Shown here: positions 41,572-50,050 of the stretch, one piece after another
Position numbering within the stretch: position 1 is the stretch's first letter
Layout: each line of letters begins with the position of its first letter
Source of the DNA: Vampirovibrio chlorellavorus
Lineage (GTDB): Bacteria; Cyanobacteriota; Vampirovibrionia; Vampirovibrionales; Vampirovibrionaceae
Direction: 5' to 3'
Length of the DNA: 64,000 nucleotides
NCBI RefSeq assembly: GCF_003149375.1
Contig: NZ_QFWH01000001.1
Location: 291,593 to 355,592 of the forward strand
Notes under the pieces: generated by a model
The model's input: the letters and a program-made list of their open reading frames with translations, nothing else
Told to the model about the DNA's origin: nothing
Database searches by the model: none
Made by a program: the position numbers and the translations under genes

Positions 41572-43401
41572 CTAGGCGGCCGGTCTGGCTTGCTGGCTCA
41601 TCAGCTTGGTGCCTGCGGCGATACCCGCACCCACGGCCATGGTTCCGGCCAGGAAGGGGCAAACGGCAGCGCCTGTGACCATTGCTCCGGCACCCACCGC
41701 GCTGATCACCGGGTGATCTTTCACGAAGCCGCCAAACTGTTGAATGGCTTGATTGGCGCTGAGTTGCAGGCTTTGCTGGATTTGTGCGGCGGTGCGACCA
41801 TTTTGCTGGGCACGCTGCACGGACTGGGCTTGAACTTGCTGTGCAGTGACACCGGGGGCACCCATGAAGATCTTGTCCAGAACTTTCTCGTTGGCCGCCC
41901 GCAAGGCATCCCCGTTCAACTGACCATCAATAGCCAGGTCATTCTGCAGCAGGGACAGTGTTTCAGGGTCGATATTGGTGTCCTGGTTTCCAAAGGAGCG
42001 TCCATCCAGTGAATTCGCGTTCCCCAGGGTAATGGCCAGAATATCGCCATCGACACTGCCGTCACCGCTGAACAGGGTAGCGTGACCTGCCAAACGGTAT
42101 ACGGCCTGCTCATACCGGCTTAGTCCCGATTGTTGTTCCAGGGTCCCAATATCACTGGTAATATTGAGTGGCTGGTTTATTTCCTGCAGCACGGCTTCCC
42201 GGTTGGGATTGTTGACCATTTTGGCCACTCGGGCGTCAATGGCCTGATGGTAAGCCTGTAGCTTTTCGGGCGAAATATCGCCGCGAGCTGCCATCTGATC
42301 CGCAAAGTCGTGATCCAGATTGGAGCCGGTGATCATCCCGTACCGGGCTTTTTCATCGGCGGCATACTGCTGAATCATGGTTACTTCATCCGGAGTAAAG
42401 TTGTTGGGGTTGTTCAATACGTTGCCATAAATCCGGGCCGAGCCAGACACGCCATTGGCGCTGGTGCCAGCGGAAATATGAGCGCGGCCACCCATGTGCA
42501 TGATGGCGGCATCACGTCCGGATACGCCATTGAAGGCTTGCTTGCCGCCCCGAACGTTGGCATAGTCAGCTCCACCATTGGGATTGGCTTTCAGGTCGCT
42601 GTAATTCAGGGCCCGACGCTGCTCAATGGTCATACTATCGGCAGAGCCAATGCCATTTGTTGGTGGAATCGTGCCTGGCGCACCAGCAGCACCTCCCGGA
42701 GGAACAGCGCCAGGAGCGCCAGCACCGGGAATATCGGCAGCTCCGCCGCCACCGGGACAGCCACGTTTTTTACCACCCGGGGGCACTACAGCACCACCCG
42801 GAGCGCCCGGCACATTGGGTGCTAGGCCACCATAACCACCACCGGCAGGAGGCGTCGCGCCACCATAACCTGGCGGTGTAGCCGGTGCGGGAGGCGTTGC
42901 GCCACCATAGCCCGGCGGTGTCACCGGTGCAGGAGACGTTGCGGCACCATAACCACCACCGGCAGGAGGGGGCGGGTCACCAGAGCCCGGCGGTGTCACC
43001 GGTGCAGGAGACGTTGCGCCAGCATAACCCGGAAGACCCGGAAGACTTGGAAGGGCAGGTAGGCTGCCGGTAATGGCAGCACCACCGGGTGCAGCAGCAC
43101 CTGAGCCCAGATCAGCGCCTGCCACTGCCTTTGTGGCATCGGCACCAACTGGGGCCTTTGAAGCATCGGCACTGCCTGTACCGGCCTGCGGTTGTTTGGA
43201 GCCCAGTTCCCTCTCAAGAAATGGCATTAATTGCACCAGGATTTGGACTATGGACATTATGTTGAACGAACTACCGGCAGCAGCACTGCTCACAGTAGAA
43301 GTGACATCCACTTGAGGAGCAAGAGATAAAGGGACACTGGCGGCCATTAAGGGCAGGCGGCCAGCCAAAGGTCTGGCTTGAAGGCTAAGGGGTTGCATCA
43401 T
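41572..43401 (-). CDS. large Gly/Pro-repeat secreted protein with a C-terminal glycine-zipper hydrophobic tail
   Basis: 609 aa. N-terminal hydrophobic leader. About 150 aa of GYGGAT(S/P)PAP(V/A)TPP 14-aa repeats. Then a roughly 330-aa domain with no family I recognise, and a C-terminal AVGAGAMVTGAAVCPFLAGTMAVGAGIAAG segment. Confidence 0.55.
   Translation of the reverse strand: MMQPLSLQARPLAGRLPLMAASVPLSLAPQVDVTSTVSSAAAGSSFNIMSIVQILVQLMPFLERELGSKQPQAGTGSADASKAPVGADATKAVAGADLGSGAAAPGGAAITGSLPALPSLPGLPGYAGATSPAPVTPPGSGDPPPPAGGGYGAATSPAPVTPPGYGGATPPAPATPPGYGGATPPAGGGYGGLAPNVPGAPGGAVVPPGGKKRGCPGGGGAADIPGAGAPGAVPPGGAAGAPGTIPPTNGIGSADSMTIEQRRALNYSDLKANPNGGADYANVRGGKQAFNGVSGRDAAIMHMGGRAHISAGTSANGVSGSARIYGNVLNNPNNFTPDEVTMIQQYAADEKARYGMITGSNLDHDFADQMAARGDISPEKLQAYHQAIDARVAKMVNNPNREAVLQEINQPLNITSDIGTLEQQSGLSRYEQAVYRLAGHATLFSGDGSVDGDILAITLGNANSLDGRSFGNQDTNIDPETLSLLQNDLAIDGQLNGDALRAANEKVLDKIFMGAPGVTAQQVQAQSVQRAQQNGRTAAQIQQSLQLSANQAIQQFGGFVKDHPVISAVGAGAMVTGAAVCPFLAGTMAVGAGIAAGTKLMSQQARPAA
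42859..43017. repeat. 42-bp tandem DNA repeats inside the Gly/Pro-rich gene
   Basis: Units gccaccata(a/g)cc(t/c)ggcggtgt(a/c)(g/a)ccggtgc(g/a)gga(g/g)(g/a)cgttgc repeated 3 to 4 times. They encode the 14-aa peptide repeat. Confidence 0.7.
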
Positions 43402-43559
43402 ATTGCTCGCGCTCTCTATTAAAATTCGTGCAAAAGGAAAACTGGAAATACAAAAAGAAAACTATCAAAATATACTCTCAATGTAATAAAAACAATCAAA
43501 TGAGCGTAATTGTGCCCTTCTGCCAGAAGATTAAGTTTTTTTAACATCCCCTACAACCG

Positions 43560-43588
43560 AAAAAAGGCCTAAAATGCGGTCTGGCCTT
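43560..43588 (-). terminator. terminator downstream of ORF 43629..43949
   Basis: Minus-strand hairpin AGGCC ... GGCCT followed by TTTTTT (plus: aaaaaaggcctaaaatgcggtctggcct). Confidence 0.6.
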
Positions 43589-43628
43589 ATATCTGGGAGT
43601 GTATGTATTTATATATAGGTGATGAGGC

Positions 43629-43949
43629 TTAGCGAACCCAAAACAGGGCCAGCATTTTCCAAACAGCCTTTAGTCCCGTAAACAAATAATGAATGGAAAA
43701 GCACAAGCCCACATGCCCGAAGCCTTCCCCCAAAATTTGGGCAGGCACAATGCCCGTTGTGATCAACCATTGACTCATGCCGGTTTGATCGATCAGATAG
43801 TGCCCTAACAAGGGAAACAGGGGCACAAATAAGAAACTTTTCAGGGCAATTTTGCTGTATCGGAAACTCAAGGCCACCCGACGAGAAGCATCAGAGGCCT
43901 CTGTTTCCTGGTTGGAAACGGTTAAAGAAAGCGATTTTGCATTAGCCAA
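43629..43949 (-). CDS. small membrane protein of unknown function
   Basis: 106 aa, two predicted TM helices. Lies directly downstream of fur on the same strand. Confidence 0.4.
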   Translation of the reverse strand: MANAKSLSLTVSNQETEASDASRRVALSFRYSKIALKSFLFVPLFPLLGHYLIDQTGMSQWLITTGIVPAQILGEGFGHVGLCFSIHYLFTGLKAVWKMLALFWVR

Positions 43950-43989
43950 GTTTTGTACCTTCCATCGATAGCAGCGGAATCAAAAAAAT

Positions 43990-44391
43990 TTAAGGGGTTT
44001 GCATACAACTGGCGCAGAGCCCAAACACTTCAAAATTGTGGTAATCCACCCGGAACTTGCCTTTCAGTTCACTGAGAACGGGCTGAAACGGGCAGCTGTC
44101 CAGCATCTGCACTTTTTCGCACCGGGTGCAAATCAGGTGGTGATGATGCATGTGCTGATTGTTCAATTCATAGCGCACCTGGCCATCATTAAAATTGAGC
44201 GGCTTAATGCGAGCCTCCGAGACCAGCTGGTTCAAGGCCCGGTATACACTGGTCAAACTGACTTTTTTGGCACCGGGGGCTCGATTGATCCAGTCCATGA
44301 CATCGGGTGCCGTGGCGTGGTTTAGCTGCTGAAGGGCTTCCAGCACAGCCTGAGTGGATTTGGCTGGACGATTGGAGGTGACTACGCTCAT
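43990..44391 (-). CDS. fur: Fur-family metalloregulator (Fur/Zur)
   Basis: 133 aa. DNA-binding helix region plus HHHLICTRCEKV ... C metal-site motifs. Confidence 0.8.
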   Translation of the reverse strand: MSVVTSNRPAKSTQAVLEALQQLNHATAPDVMDWINRAPGAKKVSLTSVYRALNQLVSEARIKPLNFNDGQVRYELNNQHMHHHHLICTRCEKVQMLDSCPFQPVLSELKGKFRVDYHNFEVFGLCASCMQTP

Positions 44392-44491
44392 GAAATGAAA
44401 ACCATTTTTATTTGTGGCCGAATGTTAGCATAAACATTCTGGACACGCTCGTGGATTTTATTCGTTTGACAAACCGGTGTCTCTACTTAAA

Positions 44492-44510
44492 AATGAAAAT
44501 CATTTTCATT
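44492..44510. promoter_or_regulatory. Fur-box-like 9-1-9 perfect palindrome between fur and the divergent operon
   Basis: AATGAAAATCATTTTCATT, which resembles the (GATAATGATAATCATTATC) Fur/Zur operator class. A second degenerate copy sits at 44395..44418 over the fur start. Confidence 0.5.
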
Positions 44511-44574
44511 TTGTGCCCTTGCGGAACCTTTTTATAAAAGCTCACCAAAATCCAACGGACAATTACCAATTATC

Positions 44575-45405
44575 ATGGTTACCTTCACGCCCGGCCTTAA
44601 CGGACTCTATCCAGCCACCGCTCTAAACCCGGGGCTTCCTTCCGCCTGGAAGCAGGCAACAGGTGTTTCTCCCCTGGCGGTATCCGCAATAGCGGGTGCA
44701 GGTCAGACTCCAAAGGCCCAGTCACCGGTCTTGAATGCCCATGTCAGCCATCAAAATTCGACCCTGCTGCATGTGGGTAAGGGCGCCGCTTTGATTACTG
44801 GCGCTCTTCTGCTAAAAAAATTGCCCGCACGGACGGTTTCCCATTTTCGGCTGTTTTCCACGGACTGGAAGGAGTGGGCCAAGGTGCTTCTGGCCATTGG
44901 CGGATTGGGAGAAGCTCAAAAGGCCATCCACTGGAAGCCCCCCGTTTGGCTCAGCGCCATGTTCAACGTGGCCGTGGTCACGCCGCTTGTTACCAAACTG
45001 AACCTGCAAAATGTTTTGCACGGGGTTATCCTCTCCCCTCTGGTGGGGGGATTGGCTGGGCTGAATCATTATCTGGGAGAAAAAGCGGAACAGCCCGCTC
45101 AGACATATCTGCATTTACCGGCCACCGCCACGCGCATTCTGCTATCGGCCCTGACCACCCTGACCGGTCTGGCGATCTTGCCCGCGGTGGGCAAAGCCAT
45201 TCCCCTGCCTGCCAAATCCTGGCCGGGCCAAAGTACAGCGCAAGCCACCGCGGCATCGGATACTGCGGCCCGGGCCGGAGCCGGTACCATTTGCGCCAAC
45301 GGGTGCTGTGCCAGCCTGATTTGCGCCAATGAGGCCGTGCAAATGGGCTCCGCCATGCTGGGTTCGCATCAGGCCCGTCAGCACGACAGAAAGACGCAGC
45401 CATGA
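44575..45405 (+). CDS. membrane-associated protein of unknown function with a Cys-rich C-terminus
   Basis: 276 aa. Hydrophobic segments. C-terminal ICANGCCASLICANEAV. First gene downstream of the Fur-like box. Confidence 0.4.
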   Translation: MVTFTPGLNGLYPATALNPGLPSAWKQATGVSPLAVSAIAGAGQTPKAQSPVLNAHVSHQNSTLLHVGKGAALITGALLLKKLPARTVSHFRLFSTDWKEWAKVLLAIGGLGEAQKAIHWKPPVWLSAMFNVAVVTPLVTKLNLQNVLHGVILSPLVGGLAGLNHYLGEKAEQPAQTYLHLPATATRILLSALTTLTGLAILPAVGKAIPLPAKSWPGQSTAQATAASDTAARAGAGTICANGCCASLICANEAVQMGSAMLGSHQARQHDRKTQP

Positions 45406-45719
45406 TCATCCCAAGCCAACTCAGCCGTGCAACTTATCTGCTTTCATCCACAGGGGAGCAGCGCAGGCTACAGTTCGGGCATGCCCCCAGGCCCCAACCC
45501 AAAGATACCCGGGAGTGGTTGAAAACTTTCGCCCTGGACTTGTTCATGCCCCACAAGGTTATTCCCAATAAACCCGACCCCGAAGCCCCACCGCACCCGC
45601 TGGCTGATAAAAACGTGCTGCAAAAAGTAGGCCTATGGTTTCAGGCATTGGTGGCAGGTTTTTTTAAGGACATAAAACACATGTGGGAACAGTGCCGCCC
45701 TGCGCCCAAGCCCCGGTAG
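45402..45719 (+). CDS. hypothetical protein
   Basis: 105 aa. Start overlaps the previous stop (ATGA). No family recognised. Confidence 0.3.
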   Translation: MIIPSQLSRATYLLSSTGEQRRLQFGHAPRPQPKDTREWLKTFALDLFMPHKVIPNKPDPEAPPHPLADKNVLQKVGLWFQALVAGFFKDIKHMWEQCRPAPKPR

Positions 45720-45799
45720 ACTGGCCATAGCCTTCCGAACGGAAAAGACACCGTTAGATAGAAGATCCTTACTTTGACAAAACACACTGAAAGGTTTTT

Positions 45800-46231
45800 A
45801 TGATTTCCTCCATTGCTCACCGCCCGGTTTATACTCCCAATCCGCTTCGGACAGGAACTCCATCCCGATCCCTGCCCCAGAGCAGTGTGCGATTTGGGCA
45901 CGGCCCCGGGCACGTCCATGCCGATGGGCAGGCTTGCAGTGACAAGAACTGCACCGAAGGCCAAAAGGGAGAGCGTCAATCCCGTTTTCAGCAGTTTTTT
46001 GACTGGGTGAAAGCCACTTGGCAGAAGTTCAAGGACTTTTGCGCCAGCCTGTTTGGGCAATCGAAGCCGCAAGAGACCACCACGACTGCCGCAAGCACCC
46101 CCGCGGTCACGGCAACCCCTGCGCCTGCCGAGCAGCCAGCAACACAGACGTCGCATAAGCATGAGAGCCACACCGGCCATGATCACAAACACGGCCAATG
46201 CTGTGGCAAAAAACACAGCCACAGCCATTAA
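45800..46231 (+). CDS. His/Cys-rich putative metal-binding protein
   Basis: 143 aa. GHVHADGQACSDKNC segment and C-terminal HKHESHTGHDHKHGQCCGKKHSHSH tail. Third gene of the putatively Fur-controlled operon. Confidence 0.45.
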   Translation: MISSIAHRPVYTPNPLRTGTPSRSLPQSSVRFGHGPGHVHADGQACSDKNCTEGQKGERQSRFQQFFDWVKATWQKFKDFCASLFGQSKPQETTTTAASTPAVTATPAPAEQPATQTSHKHESHTGHDHKHGQCCGKKHSHSH

Positions 46232-46238
46232 ATAATAG

Positions 46239-46283
46239 GCAATAAAAACACCCCAGACAGGATTCGAACCTGTGACCTACCGC
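46239..46283 (-). repeat. 45-bp direct repeat of the 3' half of tRNA-Arg (att-like site)
   Basis: gcaataaaaacaccccagacaggattcgaacctgtgacctaccgc is identical to 48217..48261, which covers the T-arm and acceptor 3' strand of the intact tRNA. Confidence 0.8.
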
Positions 46284-46362
46284 CTAGCGGTCTAACGGGC
46301 AAAGGTTTCGGGGTTTTCTGTAAACATGGTAAAAGACTCTTGCTGTAAGAAGGGTTTGGCTT

Positions 46363-47670
46363 CTATTCTACTTGCTCTGAAGAGGTTGCCTTCGCCTGAG
46401 TTGTTTTTGACTTGATACGCCCAATGCCTAGTTCATGAAAAAGCGGGATTTGTTGCTTATGGTTGATGATCCTATTCCTGACGTGATCACCCATCGGCAA
46501 TTCATGGGCCTGAGCCTTCCAAACATCCTCAAAGCGAGCGGCCATTTCTAGCGCCGTTTGGACCACAAGCCGAACGGGCAAGTCTGCCCTTTTGGCAAAA
46601 GCCTCGAATGAGGCCTGTGATATTTCCAGCATGTTTTTGGTTTTAGCCAGAGAAAGCCCCATCTCAGGTTCATTAATATAAGCGATAGTAGACACCAGAT
46701 CGTAGGCAGGAGAGAGCTTGGGATGGCGTCGATCGGGATATATTAAGGACCAATTCTTCAGGTGGGCATCCCCGTTCCCTATCGCAAGGTTAAAGACCAG
46801 CAAGCGCACGTATTCCAGTAAGGCTTCTTCTCCTGCTTCTAACCAAAGCAATTTCCCAATATTTTCATAGCTCACCTTTTTATACTTATCTCTGGGATAA
46901 ATGCCAAAAACCTGAGCCATATCTTCGATATGAATCCGCCGCTCATTGTCTCCCCGGTCAAATCGTTTAATGGCCAAAGACTGCCCAAAATCCTGAGCGT
47001 TCATGACCCCTTTTGGCAATCCCTCTATCTTGTCAGAGGCCACAAGCTTCACCTCTGGCACGATTAGCCCCATCGCTTTTGCCAATTGCATCATACTATA
47101 TTCATTCTCAGGAACACCGTTCCACTTCGCAGAAGGCAACTTGATGATCCAATGCCCACCCATCCCATTCACCGGAATGGTAAGGCCTCCCTGGGTTTCC
47201 TCAATCGCTGAGAACTTCATCTGAACCCCGGCCAATGAGAAGTGAAACACCTGCTTGGCCGGTTGATCACTCGGCACTACAGGCATTTCATCGGTTTGGG
47301 GCAAGTACATGGGCTGGGTTCTTGACTCCCGGACCGTTAAGGCGCCGGGCAAGTCGCTCCCTAACAACTTCAACAGGAAAAATTCCCGTTCCGGGTTAAT
47401 ATCTCCTTGTTTGGCCAGATACTCTCTCATGTGGCCTTCTGGCAGTAAGTTTGAAAAAAATGGGGGTAACTTGGTGCGAATCGGTCGCCTGTCTGGCAAC
47501 TTCAGACCCCCTAAAGAATTTTTAAACGAAAGGGATAGCGTGGGCCTTTCCGGATCACGCACATAACGTTCATCGAAAGCAAACAGGTTATTATCACCGG
47601 GCAGTCGCGTGAGATGCCCGATTAACTGCTCATACAAGAACACTTCAAGGATAGTGATTTCGGTCATCAC
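46363..47670 (-). CDS. hipA: HipA-family serine/threonine kinase toxin
   Basis: 435 aa. HipA N-terminal domain. C-terminal kinase core with GDAHLKNWSL catalytic motif. Confidence 0.85.
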   Translation of the reverse strand: MMTEITILEVFLYEQLIGHLTRLPGDNNLFAFDERYVRDPERPTLSLSFKNSLGGLKLPDRRPIRTKLPPFFSNLLPEGHMREYLAKQGDINPEREFFLLKLLGSDLPGALTVRESRTQPMYLPQTDEMPVVPSDQPAKQVFHFSLAGVQMKFSAIEETQGGLTIPVNGMGGHWIIKLPSAKWNGVPENEYSMMQLAKAMGLIVPEVKLVASDKIEGLPKGVMNAQDFGQSLAIKRFDRGDNERRIHIEDMAQVFGIYPRDKYKKVSYENIGKLLWLEAGEEALLEYVRLLVFNLAIGNGDAHLKNWSLIYPDRRHPKLSPAYDLVSTIAYINEPEMGLSLAKTKNMLEISQASFEAFAKRADLPVRLVVQTALEMAARFEDVWKAQAHELPMGDHVRNRIINHKQQIPLFHELGIGRIKSKTTQAKATSSEQVE

Positions 47671-47966
47671 TCAAGCTCCTCACTACTTTCTGAAAGCAGC
47701 ATCTCAGGAAGAGACTTTTCCTCTTGTCCTGATGAGGCAGGCATCATCAGGCTTTGGATGACAGGCGTTAGCTCTCTGGGAACAATGAGCAGATCTAGGC
47801 CCAAAAGGCGGGCCATATCGATCAGGCTGCTAAGCCTGAGATCCACCTCTCCTTTTTCAATTTTGGAGATATGGCTTTGCGGCATGCCTAGCTTTTGACC
47901 TAAAGCGGCCTGACTAAGACCGATGCGTTTTCTTGCTCGGCTCAGTATCTGTATCAACTCGTTCAT
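47667..47966 (-). CDS. hipB: HipB-like XRE-family HTH antitoxin
   Basis: HTH LSQAALGQKLGMPQSHISKIEKG. ATGA overlap with hipA. Start placed at MNELIQ (47966) so that the operator repeats lie upstream. Confidence 0.7.
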   Translation of the reverse strand: MNELIQILSRARKRIGLSQAALGQKLGMPQSHISKIEKGEVDLRLSSLIDMARLLGLDLLIVPRELTPVIQSLMMPASSGQEEKSLPEMLLSESSEELE

Positions 47967-47982
47967 GACTGGATTATATAGT

Positions 47983-48086
47983 ATGGCATATTTTTTATCA
48001 ATATTATATGCCATGCTATATAAACTGCCTGAATTGTTTTATACGCTATGACATATAAATATAAAAAATTATCTGCAATGGCATAT
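47983..48086. promoter_or_regulatory. candidate HipB operator array
   Basis: ATGGCATAT at 47983 and 48078. Inverted copy ATATGCCAT at 48006. Degenerate copy ATGACATAT at 48057. All sit in an AT-rich region upstream of hipB. Confidence 0.4.
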
Positions 48087-48226
48087 AAAAGCCTGCATCC
48101 GCTATCTGTGAAAAGGGGAAATCCTTCTAATGCCTGAGCCTCAAAAAATCTGCCCCGATTACACAGGCATTACACAAGGTTGTAAGCTCTCCAGGCCCTA
48201 ACACCCTAAAATCCTTGCAATAAAAA

Positions 48227-48300
48227 CACCCCAGACAGGATTCGAACCTGTGACCTACCGCTTAGAAGGCGGTTGCTCTATCCAACTGAGCTACTGAGGC
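48227..48300 (-). tRNA. tRNA-Arg (anticodon UCU)
   Basis: Reverse complement folds as a cloverleaf. Acceptor GCCTCAG/CTGGGGT. D-arm GCTCAGTTGGATAGAGC. Anticodon stem ACCGC/GCGGT with loop CTTCTAA. T-arm ACAGGTTCGAATCCTGT. Close to E. coli argU. No encoded CCA. Confidence 0.85.
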
Positions 48301-48422
48301 GTGTCGATAAATAGTAGTTCTATGGTAACAAAAACCGACACGCCTGATAATAGCCTCGACTACAAATAAAACTCACGTCTGCGGACAGCCTCCCCAAGTA
48401 CGCCCAGCCTTGCCTGTAAAGC

Positions 48423-48638
48423 CTAAAAGCCCAAAGCCGCTGTGAATAGGGTTGTCACCGAGGCAAAAATGGTGGTCATCAGGTTATTAAAACTGGGCGG
48501 GGCCACCAATAAACCGGCCAAAACAACGGCCACGGCAATCACCATGGCGCCCACATACTCCACCACCCCTTGCCCCCGAAAGCTCTTCTTCTGCTTGCCA
48601 CACACAATCGCAACCCTCATCACCTTTGGGGTGTCCAT
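48423..48638 (-). CDS. Flp/Fap-family type IVb prepilin
   Basis: G-QGVVEYVGAMVIAVAVV matches the Flp G/xxxEY cleavage motif and hydrophobic stem. The real start is probably MRVAIV at 48620. Confidence 0.55.
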   Translation of the reverse strand: MDTPKVMRVAIVCGKQKKSFRGQGVVEYVGAMVIAVAVVLAGLLVAPPSFNNLMTTIFASVTTLFTAALGF

Positions 48639-48729
48639 CCTTTTGGCAGGACGTACGGAGCGGACAACCCCAAGGCATTTATACCACTAGAGGATATATG
48701 CCTTCGGCAATGCTCATTAAAACCAATGG

Positions 48730-49086
48730 TTAAGAAGCATAAAGCATATTCTTGAGCTTGCGGTAAAAATTCTCGTGGGGGCCAATCAATAACACCACCA
48801 CACTGTCCGTTTCCGGAGATAACTGGTAGGCAATGCGGAACTCTTTGCCCTTGTAAGTGATGTGATGGGAAAAAACGGTGGTTAAAGGCTGAGACAAACG
48901 CTCACCCAGACGTTCCGGATTTTGACAAAGCCGTAATAAGGCATCTCGAATCAGGATTCGCAGCGGTTTGTCCAGATTTTTCTGGGCCTTATCCGCCGTC
49001 CGGGTTAAATAAAGCGTCCATTCACGCTCAGGTTGTATGCTTTCCGGGGGTAAGGCCGAGAAGCCATCGCTTAGCAAGGCGCTCAT
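48730..49086 (-). CDS. relE: RelE/ParE-family type II toxin
   Basis: Core LRILIRDALLRLCQNPERLGERLSQPLTTVFSHHITYKGKEFRIAYQLSPETDSVVVLLIGPHENFY is characteristic of RelE/StbE. It carries an N-terminal extension of about 25 aa. Confidence 0.7.
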   Translation of the reverse strand: MSALLSDGFSALPPESIQPEREWTLYLTRTADKAQKNLDKPLRILIRDALLRLCQNPERLGERLSQPLTTVFSHHITYKGKEFRIAYQLSPETDSVVVLLIGPHENFYRKLKNMLYAS

Positions 49087-49089
49087 GGT

Positions 49090-49299
49090 TTATAAATCCC
49101 CAAAAGCATCGCTCATCGATAATATTCGACCACTGCGCGAGTCGTCCAGACTGCTCAACAGCATGGAAATCTGCTCCACATCGGTCACAATCTCCAGGGT
49201 TTCCATCCGGGAGGCTCCCACGGCATCCACCGCGGCCGCCGCTACCGAGGAAAACCATGAATGACCATCTGCCTTGATATGTCCGTTGGATAAGGGCAT
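49090..49299 (-). CDS. candidate antitoxin partner of the RelE-like toxin
   Basis: ORF ends 3 nt before the toxin ATG. The C-terminus ...RILSMSDAFGDL resembles RelB/DinJ-type tails. The start is ambiguous: 49299 gives 69 aa, and the full ORF runs to 49521. Confidence 0.3.
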   Translation of the reverse strand: MPLSNGHIKADGHSWFSSVAAAAVDAVGASRMETLEIVTDVEQISMLLSSLDDSRSGRILSMSDAFGDL

Positions 49300-49572
49300 T
49301 GTAATTTCCCCACATTCAATCACGCATGCATTAAAACAAATTTTGTCATTTTGATGCCCCCTTCTCAGCCGATCAAAGTCGCTTTCAGGATTAAAAAACA
49401 AGGGGCGGTGGTACCTATCAGGAAGCACTCCTTCGGTCATCACCCTTAGGCCAGTGGGTGGTTTCGCTCCTGTAAATAGAGGAGATATGCCAGCGTAGCG
49501 CTCAAGTTTTGGCCACTCCACCCGATAGCGCTATCATACCCATCCGAACGGAAAGAGGAGCGAGCGCCCCTT

Positions 49573-50010
49573 ATGAATGCTGCCAACCCTTACGCCAGAC
49601 AGGCTGAGACCTACAAGAAGAATCAGATTGAAACGGCCACCCCGGAAGAAATCCTGATTATGCTCTATGAGGGGGCCATTCGGTTTTTGCTGGTCGCCAA
49701 AAAGGCCGATGAAGAAAAAAATCTGGAAAAATACAGTAAAAACATCATCAAGGCCCAGCACATCATCCAGGAATTCATGAACAGTCTGGATTTGGAAATC
49801 GGGGGCGAAATGGCCGTCAACCTGTACCGCCTGTACGACTACTTACACTACCGGCTGGTGCAAGGTAACATTAAAAGAGATATCGCCATGCTGGATGAAG
49901 TCATCGATCATCTCAGAAAACTGAAAGGGACCTGGGAAGAGGCCATTGTTATCGCCAAGCGGCAAAGGGAAGCGTTACCGGATGAACCCGAAACCACCGT
50001 GCAAGTATAA
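49573..50010 (+). CDS. fliS: flagellar export chaperone FliS
   Basis: NPY ... TATPEEILIMLYEGAIRFL ... IKAQHIIQEF ... LYDYLHYRLVQGNIKRD aligns along the whole FliS family. Confidence 0.85.
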   Translation: MNAANPYARQAETYKKNQIETATPEEILIMLYEGAIRFLLVAKKADEEKNLEKYSKNIIKAQHIIQEFMNSLDLEIGGEMAVNLYRLYDYLHYRLVQGNIKRDIAMLDEVIDHLRKLKGTWEEAIVIAKRQREALPDEPETTVQV

Positions 50011-50050
50011 CTTTGAAGAGGCCGACGGGCTATTGAATCAGCTGGAAATA

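Larger units (their letters stand above)
46284..48216. mobile_element. tRNA-flanked hipBA islet (integrative-element remnant, no integrase)
   Basis: Bounded by the 45-bp tRNA-Arg direct repeats. Contains only hipA and hipB. Visibly lower GC than the flanking sequence. Confidence 0.45.

Noticed and set aside
48301-48345. Hairpin GGCGTGTCG ... CGACACGCC adjoining the 5' end of tRNA-Arg as a possible terminator for the Flp pilin gene
   Set aside because: One arm overlaps the mature tRNA 5' end and no U-tract follows. It is more likely part of precursor structure.
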